In this document: positions 25,601 to 35,205 of the stretch, one piece after another | How the letters are laid out: every line of letters starts with the position of its first letter | Numbering within the stretch: position 1 is the first letter of the stretch | IMG/VR virus record: IMGVR_UViG_3300009104_000014 | Coordinates: 7,020-71,019 of that record | Source: a virus | Reading direction: 5' to 3' (one strand) | DNA length: 64,000 nt | Notes under the pieces: model-generated | Told to the model about the DNA's origin: nothing | Seen by the model: the letters and a program-made list of their open reading frames with translations, nothing else | Database searches by the model: none | Translations under genes and position numbers: made by a program

Positions 25601-28600
25601 ATCTTCAATTGCTAATGTTGTTTGGCCGCCACTAATACCATCTTCTGCTAACGCAGTAGCATCATTTAGGAAGTTAAATTGGTTTGGGTGGTTTGCTATG
25701 TTAGTAGTGGTGGTTCCGGCTAAATTGGTTCCGCTAATTTGGTAATTAGCAACCGCATATTTCCAATAATTATCCAATAGGTAGGGAGTTCCAGCAATAG
25801 GAATATCGTAATCACTAAAATGTGCTATACCCCCAACATCATACCCCGGCCTTCCATTACTTGCTTCAGTATTTAAGTTGAAAAACTTGCTTGCATCAAT
25901 AACCAAGAAAGCCCCGCCTTTATTCTTCCAATCAGAATATGGATTGCTACCAGTTCCTGTTAGGTCTGCTATCTTATAGGTATCAGAAGCATTTGCTAAA
26001 TCAGACCAATCACCCCCACTATATGGTTCTACATCAGCATCTATGTTCCATATATCAAGTTCCTCTCCTATTTTCAAAGTAATAAAGGCGGTGTTATCTC
26101 CATCTTCGTCAAACTGTTCAGCAAAAGCGATATTCAAATTGTAATTTTCAACAGTAGGAAGCATTAAACCGAAATCGCTTACATTGTATCCCCCGTTAGC
26201 ATCAGCATTACCATCATTTCTCATATCTCTCCATAGCAACCAAATGTGTTTGTAGCCGTTGCTTTCATTTATCTTCCTATATCTGTAAAGAAAATCTCCT
26301 TGGGTCCAATCCTTTCTTTGCCCCTTAACATTCTGTATTGTGAAGGAACCATAATGCACAAGACCTGTCTTTGAAGCATAAGATACTATAGAGGGTAAAA
26401 CATTGTAATTAGTATTTGCAGTTGTAGGACTACCTATGGTATTTGTATAGTCATACAGCGTAAAGTTCTCAAAGGTAGTAATGGTTTTCTTACCCAAAAT
26501 AGGCCATAACTTATCAGGGTCGCTAAACCAAGGAGATGTAGAGTCGTTAATATCTTTTGATTTGCTATCAAACCCTTCTATTCTAACTGCGGCATATTTA
26601 GTGACCCCACTACCCTGCGAATAAATACCGCTTACTTGGAATACACCATTTAATCTCCAATCATCAAAACCAGTATGAACTACAATATCCCATAGTTGGA
26701 TGGTTTCGTTGCTAACTTGAAATCCGTTATACCATTGTTTACCACCAATGGTGACCCAAGAACCACTATTGAACTGAATATATGTGAGTGTAGCACTACT
26801 GGGCGCAGTAGTCCCATCAAAAAGAATAGTATCTCTTTCCAAAGTATCGGGGTTAATTACATCTAAAATCCCCGGTTTGCCTTTTACTACATTCCAATAC
26901 CAAATGGCAGGGTCATCACAAGTAAGACTGGTGCTACTTGTAGTGAAGGTAGAAATACCAACCATAGTAGAAGTATCGGGCGAATAATTACTTGCTTCAT
27001 TAGGGGAAACTGGGTTGTTAGTTATAGTGGATTTACCTGCGCTATGGTGGCAATCCTTAGAGATAACTCCGAACTTAGATTTGAACCATAATGATTCAGA
27101 AATATCTCTCATCCAACGAGTATGAACATTTCTACTTGCTCTATCAGCCTTTGATATATAGTAATCTGTTTGTTGTTTACCTATGATATGTAAGTTATTA
27201 TCTGTGACCCCATAATCGTTATGGTCTTCATCTATGATAGGCAAACGGTAATTTGCGTTTCCAAAATTGGTTGTGCTGGATACCTCAAGTATGTTCATAT
27301 TGGTGACTTCTATATCAAAAGTAGTTGTTGTGGGAACTCCCAATACTCTATATCTCCCACCATCAAATAAGAAACTACCGCTTACTATTTCGTTATTACT
27401 TGAAGAATCTATTACAGAACCAAATAAAATCTCATCACCCAAAGAAAGATTGTGTGCAGAAGCAGTAGTAAAACGCAACATCTTCTTGGTAGTATTGACT
27501 TTATCGCTACTAATCCATTTGTATTGTGTGCATAACGCATTAGGGGTTAGGTTTCTTCTACTACTGTCTGAAACCTTAATTGCTTTGTAAGAAGTAGGGG
27601 TTTCATCAGGGGCATCGCTACTTCTGCTCTTGCTAATTATTGAATCTATGGTGAAAACATTAGTAGTTCCGGTTGTGTTAGTATGTGTGACCATAACTTG
27701 GTCAGAAGCAGATACCCCACTACTACCAACCAAATATGCGCTTGAGTCTACAATGTAATGTTGATAATTTCCAGTAGGGTTTTGAATATACCTTACATCT
27801 GTAAGCATATATTTTGGCGAATCGAAACCATCCCATTCCCTTTCTGCGTTATTGGGTCCGTCTACATCTTCATTGATATACATTTGAATAGGATGCGAGG
27901 AATTGAGAGAAGTTCTTTGCTTATCTACTTCTACAAAATCAGAATCAACAAAACCAATAGTAGAGTTCAGGAACTTGAGATTTGATGCACCAGTATTCAA
28001 AATATCTCCCATATTCTTAACTTGATTATACCTCTTTTCTATCTGAGTGTTGAGTGCTAAGTGGCCTTCTTGTGATAAATACGCGGCTTGGCCCATTTCC
28101 CAAATAGGAAGTTGTCTATCAAATAAACCATATTTTTCTTCTGCCAAAAATTGAGTATCTAATGTGTTTCTTTTGGAAGATTGTGTGTGGTTTATACCTG
28201 TTAAAGTCCCCCACCATACAGGTCTATTTAGGTTATCTTTGAAGATTACCAATCCCCATTCTTCAAACCCAGTAGAAGATAGCAACGGAGCAACAGAAAA
28301 TCTATTATCGTCGTCTAAAATGGTGACCATTGCAGTTGAAATAGAATCGGTTGTATTGTTAATCTGAACTTGGTGTAAAGGAGTGTAATCTGTATCTTCT
28401 ACTGCATCGCCTAAACTAATGTAAAGGGAAGCCCTATCAATACAGGTAATCATCCCTACATTTTGGGTCATACCCCCGGCACAGTTCACATCTAAGGACC
28501 AACCATATATGTCTGATGCAGACCAATTATTAGTGAATGAACCACTACTAACTAATGAGCCGTCAGCGTATGCTTTGTAGGTATTGGCAGAAAAATCTAA

Positions 28601-29653
28601 CACAACATCTATATCAGTCCATTGGTCATCATTGTCTGCCGCAGTATAGTTGTCTATTTCCAAATAATTTCCGCTATTGTAATTTAGATTGCTGGTTGAT
28701 ATATCAATAGATAGCAACGGATTGCTACCAAACGCCTGAGTGCTTTTGTTAAAACCATCTGCTTTTTTGTATCCTAAATTAAGAGTATATCGAGCATCAG
28801 CCCACCCCCCCATTGCGTGTGAAGCAATACGAATAGTAAATGTATCACCTAATCCTTGGAATCTCATAGGACCATCATAATTTAGGATTCTATGTCTACC
28901 CGCCGAAGTTCCAAATAACTTAGATACTAAAAATGGCTTACCTGAGGGGGATTTGAGGGGGAATAAATGCTTTGTAGCAGTATCTCTGCTTGCGTAAGCA
29001 GTATTCATTCTCTCTCCCATTAGAACCCCTGCCAAAGATACGGAATGAGATGCAAATTGCCCTTCTGTTTCTACTCTTAGGTGCGCTCCCGCACCCTCGA
29101 ACATATCTCCGTCATTGTCTTTGGCGGCTGATTCATACACTCTCGACCTACCTGCCGTAGAATCCATTGCTTTGAGTGGGGCGTAATATGTTCCCAAAGT
29201 ATCATTACCATTCACAAATGCTTCATAGGAATCACCAGCCGCACCATTGAATCTTTGTCTTGTCCCTCTTCTTGAATCAGGATATTGTAATTGCGCTCTT
29301 CCTTCCCATCTCTTCGCTTTACTTTTGCTTAAATCAAGAGTTAGCCATTCGTGGTGTCCGTCGTTGCTATCTCGCTTTTTAGCAACCGTAGCAAATAACT
29401 GAGAGGCAGAATAAGAGTCATCAGCAGAAAGATAAGAAGCACTTTGCATTCTATCGGGATAAGAATAACGAAAGGTAGGGTTGAGTAAAGCATGGCCGTT
29501 CATGGGATTTCCATGATGTGTTAGTGTGTGGTCGGGGTCCATCTTACTTGCAGAGTTAAGGTCGTCTGCTACAGACCTACACGACTGGAAGTCGTCATAG
29601 TATCCTACCAACCATACGCTAAAATCATCATCTGTAGTTCTCATTTTTATCAC
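22664..29653 (-). CDS. very large tail-tip/baseplate hub protein (2329 aa)
   Basis: Directly downstream of the tape measure; beta-rich; hub-like segments near both ends. Confidence 0.65.
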   Translation of the reverse strand: MIKMRTTDDDFSVWLVGYYDDFQSCRSVADDLNSASKMDPDHTLTHHGNPMNGHALLNPTFRYSYPDRMQSASYLSADDSYSASQLFATVAKKRDSNDGHHEWLTLDLSKSKAKRWEGRAQLQYPDSRRGTRQRFNGAAGDSYEAFVNGNDTLGTYYAPLKAMDSTAGRSRVYESAAKDNDGDMFEGAGAHLRVETEGQFASHSVSLAGVLMGERMNTAYASRDTATKHLFPLKSPSGKPFLVSKLFGTSAGRHRILNYDGPMRFQGLGDTFTIRIASHAMGGWADARYTLNLGYKKADGFNKSTQAFGSNPLLSIDISTSNLNYNSGNYLEIDNYTAADNDDQWTDIDVVLDFSANTYKAYADGSLVSSGSFTNNWSASDIYGWSLDVNCAGGMTQNVGMITCIDRASLYISLGDAVEDTDYTPLHQVQINNTTDSISTAMVTILDDDNRFSVAPLLSSTGFEEWGLVIFKDNLNRPVWWGTLTGINHTQSSKRNTLDTQFLAEEKYGLFDRQLPIWEMGQAAYLSQEGHLALNTQIEKRYNQVKNMGDILNTGASNLKFLNSTIGFVDSDFVEVDKQRTSLNSSHPIQMYINEDVDGPNNAEREWDGFDSPKYMLTDVRYIQNPTGNYQHYIVDSSAYLVGSSGVSASDQVMVTHTNTTGTTNVFTIDSIISKSRSSDAPDETPTSYKAIKVSDSSRRNLTPNALCTQYKWISSDKVNTTKKMLRFTTASAHNLSLGDEILFGSVIDSSSNNEIVSGSFLFDGGRYRVLGVPTTTTFDIEVTNMNILEVSSTTNFGNANYRLPIIDEDHNDYGVTDNNLHIIGKQQTDYYISKADRASRNVHTRWMRDISESLWFKSKFGVISKDCHHSAGKSTITNNPVSPNEASNYSPDTSTMVGISTFTTSSTSLTCDDPAIWYWNVVKGKPGILDVINPDTLERDTILFDGTTAPSSATLTYIQFNSGSWVTIGGKQWYNGFQVSNETIQLWDIVVHTGFDDWRLNGVFQVSGIYSQGSGVTKYAAVRIEGFDSKSKDINDSTSPWFSDPDKLWPILGKKTITTFENFTLYDYTNTIGSPTTANTNYNVLPSIVSYASKTGLVHYGSFTIQNVKGQRKDWTQGDFLYRYRKINESNGYKHIWLLWRDMRNDGNADANGGYNVSDFGLMLPTVENYNLNIAFAEQFDEDGDNTAFITLKIGEELDIWNIDADVEPYSGGDWSDLANASDTYKIADLTGTGSNPYSDWKNKGGAFLVIDASKFFNLNTEASNGRPGYDVGGIAHFSDYDIPIAGTPYLLDNYWKYAVANYQISGTNLAGTTTTNIANHPNQFNFLNDATALAEDGISGGQTTLAIEDATHFNLGSGVDGYGVILATKKNEQYLFALRWNGVIANTNTLTNVYVQGYGDVNTDPVSIRAFLDEDSGLWSTGSQIQIMFDEENSTEEGYDSIVVYNTPAALYGLRLLMNLEGFVEDKNIGTYFENDKIRLLQNIATLDSWTRNSHLSAIVDINNVPITKSMTNTQVGHSGTDYEDYGSVSDLRATTFAGAVDIVRRNSGSGSSGTTKTFTRVVGRDGRYDYRPSYNTGITLTRSNMKNANLSIEATGIVTNVRAYYDGNKSFVDYPTPTTGLEARWKILDLSRVRSKTEALALAKKEYEMNQTSAFTVNVDLIGSGTETDALFSGGKHGYIADPAVVTLDLTGYKKYACSWTSLFGGIPYPGMCNALDGRFSRSDTGTAVVSAIYNDRTTPLAINLTPLGTNQTVGNNGKLKWRTSANTIDWFKDSSDTSATGSHVLGDPSLGANQNKVITISAGGHSITLYVTSLDGVSDTQENIEYIKTYNADESYYNYGSRSLSHAMQIVHIPKDVPSVSANWGSELRMGISVASGTSADDAVFTVHAIDYSFANTGSPSQFTPTYKSDSSVSVFGSGFYELAFPSTYGAPAGSKMIISVNAEYLRAILRNRCGDQIKNANSITGLSTFSTLDARSLFPLGFREYSNEGGISDDRLIWYAPRLHIVDDMAYYPSTNLTITDANLDLTSQNMVIKGLAYSRTHQGEPSLKLALERNESRFKKTLASLFKDGKPTTGVQDGEGQQMFQPSQPQGQGPSSPNKEGGRRDEGQSINTFSSTTMSRMTGRTEFTGDGTSSEAEWGILGQKKIGKSSSANSTIDGFDSIASGSGSVNCSDGFVLPGVYINSDGEDRAGLKHEQTFSVRIPSDALDSYVTIKAKVTLDGKKQTAAQNAVMTTKVESEENDYYATTTKTIASGSADRKEYTLFSQKIKGATAGSNLKITISRNPGTGSDDAKYRALRIHNVSLATRRATNPSISQAKKFKPY

Positions 29654-32600
29654 ACAGGCACACCTTGTCCTCGTAGGTTCATTATTACCCCTTCGGACAC
29701 TCTATCTATTGCTTCGTCTAAGGTCACTCCGTTAAACACATTGGTTTGCATAATCTCAACACGATGTAGCAAACTTTCTACGCCACCTTGAGTGATTTGT
29801 CTGTAAATGGCTCCTTGGAATTGCGCTTGGTTGCCGAAAAACAACTCTTCTCTCTTGCTATCGAACTCATTAAGTGCTTCTAAGGCAGTTCCGGTTGCAT
29901 CACCAAACGCTGATACACCATTCCCCACATTAACCAATAATTCAGCATAATAATCAGCCACCGCTACACCTGCGGCTTCTGCTTCACGGACTAATTCAGC
30001 ATTCATCTCTTCCATTATTTGGTTTCTTTCTTCCGCGCTATCGTAAACTGTGGCTACTCCTGTTATCCCATAACCTATATTATCTCCAATGTAAGAATAC
30101 ATTTCCAAGTAATTTTCTAAGTCTTGTTCGGTCATAAGCCCTGCTTGCCACATCGCGGCATTATGTTGCATAACAGAATAATTCATTTCCGCTATAAAAT
30201 TAGAGGGGTCCGTCATCCACTCCATAGTTAGGTTTTCATAATCCATGTGGCCTGTTTGCCAAGGTTTGTGTAGCCCCCCCGTATAATCTTGTTCTGTTTT
30301 TGATAAAGAATTGTGAGCATCATTTAATGCGCTAACCTCTTGTGTTAATCTATTGTAATATCCAGCCTTTGTTTCCAAAGCAATTAGTTCTGCTTCGGTA
30401 TAGTTATCAACATCTTCTGATAACTCCGTGTAATAATCATATTCCTTTTGTAATGAAGCAAGCGACGAAGCAGTTAGTTCTGCATCTGCTCTTAAGTCAT
30501 TGAAAGTAATTCCACCCAAAAGAGCCTCGTCTACTCGAACATCACCTTTCTTTGATAAGTCTGTAAGTGTAGTATGGAATTGGTTTAAGTTTTCCGTCAC
30601 ATCATTTATTGATTCCAAATCACTTACAAAATCGTTATCCGGCTTAAACTTCTTCCAAATAAGACCACCAATTGCTAACGCCGCTATTGCGGCTATACCA
30701 CCACCTAAAGCAACCATAGCCCCTCTTGCTAAAATTGCTCTTGCGGCCATACCTTCGGCGGATTTACCCACCGCCCACATAGATGCGCTCGCACCCGCAT
30801 TAACAATTGTTCCACCTATTAGAGAAGCGTTCATTAAATCTTGATTATGTGTGAACATGGCAGTCATACCAAGTAAACCATTCATAGAAGTCATCATACT
30901 ATTTACTGTAGTTTTAGTGGCTTCGGCGGTTCCGAACATTTGGTTTTGAACATACTCTTGAGTTTCAGCAAAATACAAGAATGTTGCGGTTAGAAGGTTT
31001 GCTTCATCACCTAATGATTCCATGTGGTGTTCCAAACTATTTAGAGTTAGTTCAGTTGCTCGGTTTCTCTGTGCTAATTGGTCATTAGCATTTATTAGAC
31101 CTTCAATACCTACTCTTTCTTCACCTAATGTTTTGATATTTTCTTGTCTAAGGTTTATTTCTGTAAGAGTATTCATTGTTTCTTCTTCGGATAAATCATC
31201 AAGTTCCAGTCTTCTTCTTGCCTCTGCTAATAAAAGTTGTTCAGTTAGCATCCTTTCGTTATTTGCTTGTTGCCTTACTGCTAAATGAGTTAATTCATCC
31301 TCAGTTAATTCAGTAAATAAAACAATATGGTTTGCTAAATAATCTGCTTCTCGTTGAATATGACCCAAAAATTGCCTCTGTTCCTTTTGTTGATTTGCTC
31401 TAAAACCAGCACTAAGAGTATAGTAATCAAGTTGCCCTTTCATTACTTCTTCTTGAACTGTGCGTATTCGCATTAGTGCCTGTGCTTCACCATCTTTCAT
31501 AATCAACATTTCATTATGTTCGGCTATCTTTTGCACCCTATACTCTTTATCCAACATCAACTCATTGCTTCTAAGTTGTTTCTTGTAAGTGTCTATTTGT
31601 CCCATTGCTATTACTTCTTGATGAATCCTCTCAATAGCCCTGTCGTGGCTTGCTTTGGAACTGGCCGCATTTGCTTTTTGTATGTTGATTTGTTGGATGC
31701 TTTGATTTATTGCGCCCATCTGTGCCGCTTGAATATCTTTGATTGCTTGTATTTCTTCGTGAGCGAACTTCTTTCTTAGAGCGGCATCTTGTTCTCTCAT
31801 AAACAACCTTCTTTGGAAGGCTTCTGTGTGCATATTTTCCATTTGGTTAGTTTGTTTGAGGATAACTTGGAGTGTTTTCATAGATACAAAGATATTTCCT
31901 ATTCCCATAAGGAAGTTAATTGGAACTTCCATTTGTTGCATTGTTTCAGCAAGAAACATCAAATTACCCATAAAGGTGTTCATTCTTTTCCCAACGCCAA
32001 TACCCATGAACTTAGTTTGTTCATCGGTTATCTTCTCAAGACCCTGTAGGAAATAGTATTGCGGCCCCATTGCTCTAATGTAAGCATCAACAAGATTCTC
32101 TCCCACTTCTACTCTTAGGTTCTCAATAGCGGCATTTGCCTTATCAATTTTGAAAACATCTGATGCTTGCCTGTTAGCGAACTCGTCTGCCGCAGTATAG
32201 GCTCCCGAATAGGCCATTTCATTTAGAGTTAGCAACCGTTCTTGGTTTTCCAACAACTTCTGCAATTTTACATAGTGTCTGTTTCCGGCTACTGCTTGTG
32301 TTAATCTAACCTTTTCAAGGTCTTCTAACTCTTTGTAATAAGGAGTAAGTTCTGTAATAATTTCAGTTAGACTCATCATAGAGATTTCTTGGGCTTCTAA
32401 GTGTGGTATAACCTCGGCCAAAGCCAGCGAAGCATCTCCACCGTCTACTGCTAATCGAGAAAATATCATACGCAGACCCGTTCCCGCTCTGCTTGTTTCT
32501 TCTCCAGCCTCAAGTAGCATGGCGGCTAATGCGGCCATACTTCCCATTGTTTCTCCAGCAAGATTAGCCTGAGATGCAAATTGGTTGAGAACGAAAGTCA

Positions 32601-33228
32601 TGTCTTGCATTGTAGCAACGCTTGAGTTCTCAATAGTGTTTAGTTGGTCAAGAACTCTTATTGTATTTCCACGAATGATATTGGCTTGTTCCATAGGCTC
32701 TAACATATCATACTGCGCCTTAGTTAATCCGCCCATGTGGAATTGTGTTTGTTGCATTAGGCTTGTTAGTTTCTTCATTCCCTCTTGGGTTTCCATATTT
32801 CCTATTTCAGAAAAGAGAAGCCCCATTTCTGTTCCTGTAATAACTGCTTCTTTACTACCCAAAACAGACTTCATTTGAGCCATATTAGCGGCGGCTTTAA
32901 GTGCTTCTGCACCACTAAAACCAAAGGTTTCTCCAAGTCTTTTTGATTCATCAGCAAAGAATTGCACATCTTCTGCCGAACCTTGATAGAACTTTCTAAC
33001 TTGAATCATTTGCTCTTCAAAAGCATAGAAAGCATCAATTTGTTCTTGGATTAAGTCGCTAACTCCTTCTACTGCGAACTGGACTGCTTCTACAACGCCC
33101 CCTGCGGCATCGAGTAAGATTGCTTGCATGACCGTTGAAGTGGATTCAACATCTTTGAGTAGCCTTTGAGCCTGAAAAGAACCCACTACCTCGAAGAATA
33201 CTCTTGCCGAGCCTGTTCGTGAAGCCAT
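29650..33228 (-). CDS. tail tape measure protein
   Basis: 1192 aa, helical, TP901-type core 'AGEETSRAGTGLRMIFSRL', hydrophobic segment, follows the tail chaperones. Confidence 0.9.
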   Translation of the reverse strand: MASRTGSARVFFEVVGSFQAQRLLKDVESTSTVMQAILLDAAGGVVEAVQFAVEGVSDLIQEQIDAFYAFEEQMIQVRKFYQGSAEDVQFFADESKRLGETFGFSGAEALKAAANMAQMKSVLGSKEAVITGTEMGLLFSEIGNMETQEGMKKLTSLMQQTQFHMGGLTKAQYDMLEPMEQANIIRGNTIRVLDQLNTIENSSVATMQDMTFVLNQFASQANLAGETMGSMAALAAMLLEAGEETSRAGTGLRMIFSRLAVDGGDASLALAEVIPHLEAQEISMMSLTEIITELTPYYKELEDLEKVRLTQAVAGNRHYVKLQKLLENQERLLTLNEMAYSGAYTAADEFANRQASDVFKIDKANAAIENLRVEVGENLVDAYIRAMGPQYYFLQGLEKITDEQTKFMGIGVGKRMNTFMGNLMFLAETMQQMEVPINFLMGIGNIFVSMKTLQVILKQTNQMENMHTEAFQRRLFMREQDAALRKKFAHEEIQAIKDIQAAQMGAINQSIQQINIQKANAASSKASHDRAIERIHQEVIAMGQIDTYKKQLRSNELMLDKEYRVQKIAEHNEMLIMKDGEAQALMRIRTVQEEVMKGQLDYYTLSAGFRANQQKEQRQFLGHIQREADYLANHIVLFTELTEDELTHLAVRQQANNERMLTEQLLLAEARRRLELDDLSEEETMNTLTEINLRQENIKTLGEERVGIEGLINANDQLAQRNRATELTLNSLEHHMESLGDEANLLTATFLYFAETQEYVQNQMFGTAEATKTTVNSMMTSMNGLLGMTAMFTHNQDLMNASLIGGTIVNAGASASMWAVGKSAEGMAARAILARGAMVALGGGIAAIAALAIGGLIWKKFKPDNDFVSDLESINDVTENLNQFHTTLTDLSKKGDVRVDEALLGGITFNDLRADAELTASSLASLQKEYDYYTELSEDVDNYTEAELIALETKAGYYNRLTQEVSALNDAHNSLSKTEQDYTGGLHKPWQTGHMDYENLTMEWMTDPSNFIAEMNYSVMQHNAAMWQAGLMTEQDLENYLEMYSYIGDNIGYGITGVATVYDSAEERNQIMEEMNAELVREAEAAGVAVADYYAELLVNVGNGVSAFGDATGTALEALNEFDSKREELFFGNQAQFQGAIYRQITQGGVESLLHRVEIMQTNVFNGVTLDEAIDRVSEGVIMNLRGQGVPV

Positions 33229-33230
33229 GC

Positions 33231-33518
33231 TTAATCATTCTCCATATTACCAAACGCCTCATTTAACACTTCCCCTAAGCCTTGAGCATCTATCATAGCC
33301 GCTCTACGCTGATTTCGCTTATTAACGGCCTTTTTAGCCCTTCTTGAAGCGGCGGCGGGGGAATCTTGGTCTGCTTGCTCTGTTATTCTTTCAGAGATTT
33401 CAGATGCTACCGCCAAGTCTATTTCCATCATGTGTCTTCCGCCCTCTTGTGCATATTTCATCCTTAGTTCACTCGGCAAAATGCCTTTGAACGAAGAACA
33501 TAACGCAGGGGCTACCAT
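33231..33518 (-). CDS. tail assembly chaperone, gpT-like part (reached by -1 frameshift)
   Basis: Lies in the -1 frame of the upstream ORF and is open from the slippery site. Confidence 0.75.
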   Translation of the reverse strand: MVAPALCSSFKGILPSELRMKYAQEGGRHMMEIDLAVASEISERITEQADQDSPAAASRRAKKAVNKRNQRRAAMIDAQGLGEVLNEAFGNMEND

Positions 33519-33871
33519 CAGGAACTCGACAAAGGGATACCGCCCCCTTCATCGTCGCCCCTAACAAATCTAAGGATTTCTTGTAGTTCTGAGGAAGTCA
33601 AATCGTTTACATCAACATTTTCCGAGAGAATACATAATGGAACCCAAGCCGCTATTTGCGCGGTTGGGCCGCAGTCTGCTTCGTCTAAAGCCTCTGCGAA
33701 TTGCATTTGTTGGTCTTCTGACCACTCTAAGGGGTTAGGTCCAAAGTCGCGCATTGAGCGAAACACTCTTGCTTGCTTTGCATCTAATTCTAATCGTTCA
33801 AGTCCTGATACTTGGCGCACCAAGACCTTGCTTCCGTCATCTAATTCTATTTCTTTTTTCAATACTGGCAT
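33518..33871 (-). CDS. tail assembly chaperone gpG-like
   Basis: Position between tail tube and tape measure; ends with slippery heptamer. Confidence 0.8.
   Translation of the reverse strand: MPVLKKEIELDDGSKVLVRQVSGLERLELDAKQARVFRSMRDFGPNPLEWSEDQQMQFAEALDEADCGPTAQIAAWVPLCILSENVDVNDLTSSELQEILRFVRGDDEGGGIPLSSS
33530..33536 (-). other. -1 programmed ribosomal frameshift site C CCT TTG
   Basis: Minus strand ATC CCT TTG TCG AGT TCC TGA; -1 frame reads CCC TTT GTC GAG TTC CTG ATG GTA GCC into the gpT ORF. Confidence 0.8.
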
Positions 33872-33914
33872 ATTTTCTCACTCTTTACTATACTAATCTA
33901 TTCTCTAACTAATC

Positions 33915-34100
33915 TCATGTTTCGTAGGTAATATACGCAATGTAATTATTACCTGCGGCCTTCTTGACGATGGTAATATCGTGGATAATATCACCATTTG
34001 AAAGTGTCCTAAGGAAGGTTTGCACACTTGCTCCTAAACCAGTATGCGAGCCAATAATAGTATTGACTGTTAAATTGCTTGCGGCAGTTATGGCTCCCAT
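33915..34100 (-). CDS. small virion-module protein
   Basis: 61-aa ORF with AGGTGA RBS. Confidence 0.65.
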   Translation of the reverse strand: MGAITAASNLTVNTIIGSHTGLGASVQTFLRTLSNGDIIHDITIVKKAAGNNYIAYITYET

Positions 34101-34110
34101 TTAATCACCT

Positions 34111-35157
34111 TCACGCATCCAAATCTACTTTTGCTCCACCTGTGAAGGCCGTAGATGCAGATGAGAAGGTAATTTTAGCCATCTCTGTTTCTGTTTCGTC
34201 ATACAATCCAATAAAGTTGACCGACATTGTTTGACTATCTCTACCGCTTACACTTGTCTGTGGGGCCTCATAATGAACTTTGTGAATATCTAATCGAATC
34301 GAGTTGCTTGCATCTACATAGAAAAGCATTGAAATGGCTGGCGCGGCCGCGCTTCCATTTACTAAATCTCCAGTTAGTAGATTAACGAAATCAGGTTCGT
34401 TAGTTGCCACATCACCAGCCAAAACATTCTTGTGGAATGTAATAGTCCCCGAAACCTCTCTTAGGCCCAAGGGTGGGTTGCGTGTGCAGGTAGAATCTCC
34501 TAAATTGTATGAGTTATCAATATCTCTGTTGGTTTTAATATCAACAGAGATGCTTTGAACCAACTTGGAATATGCAGAAGTAGTTGCCGCTCCCTCAAAG
34601 TTCACATAAGCACCTACGAAGTGTGCCGCATCTCCGGTATAATCATAAGAAGGGGTTGCTAAAGTTCCGGGGGCTACTGCCGCTCCGGTTGCTAAACTAA
34701 AGTTGCTTCTCATACCAGTTGTATTAAAGGAAATCATAGCGTATTCGCCAACGGATGCGCTAATCGAACAACTTTCAATAGCCTGACCAGCATACAAGAA
34801 CTCCTTATCATCCCTACCAACTCTGAAAGTAAATGATTTGAGCAAACCGGAACTTAGTTCTGTAAGAGTATCATTGGTTCCGGGGGTTCCACCGGGGGTG
34901 TGTGTGCCGAAAAGACCGTGTAGACACATCATAGTGAATCTATCAGGTTGTAGAGGCATTGAAAAAGACCCATCAGCATAATGCTTTGAATCCATTGCCT
35001 TTTGCGTTCCATATCTGTTCATATCTGAGCGTTGTAGAACATCAAAAGACTCTTGAAATCCTTCATCATCAACTTCACCGTATGCGGTTGCGCTGACTGG
35101 GGTTCCAAAGGTCGCTTCCTTCCCAACTGCTACATATCTATTTGCGAATGTCGTCAT
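34111..35157 (-). CDS. major tail tube protein
   Basis: 'YVAVGKEATFGT' start, 'SFTFRVG', 'GLREVSGTITF' tail-tube motifs; start re-assigned to 35157. Confidence 0.85.
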   Translation of the reverse strand: MTTFANRYVAVGKEATFGTPVSATAYGEVDDEGFQESFDVLQRSDMNRYGTQKAMDSKHYADGSFSMPLQPDRFTMMCLHGLFGTHTPGGTPGTNDTLTELSSGLLKSFTFRVGRDDKEFLYAGQAIESCSISASVGEYAMISFNTTGMRSNFSLATGAAVAPGTLATPSYDYTGDAAHFVGAYVNFEGAATTSAYSKLVQSISVDIKTNRDIDNSYNLGDSTCTRNPPLGLREVSGTITFHKNVLAGDVATNEPDFVNLLTGDLVNGSAAAPAISMLFYVDASNSIRLDIHKVHYEAPQTSVSGRDSQTMSVNFIGLYDETETEMAKITFSSASTAFTGGAKVDLDA

Positions 35158-35205
35158 GTCGTCGCCTCTAAACCAATACACTCTGTCTGTGATATTTAAC
35201 TGTTA

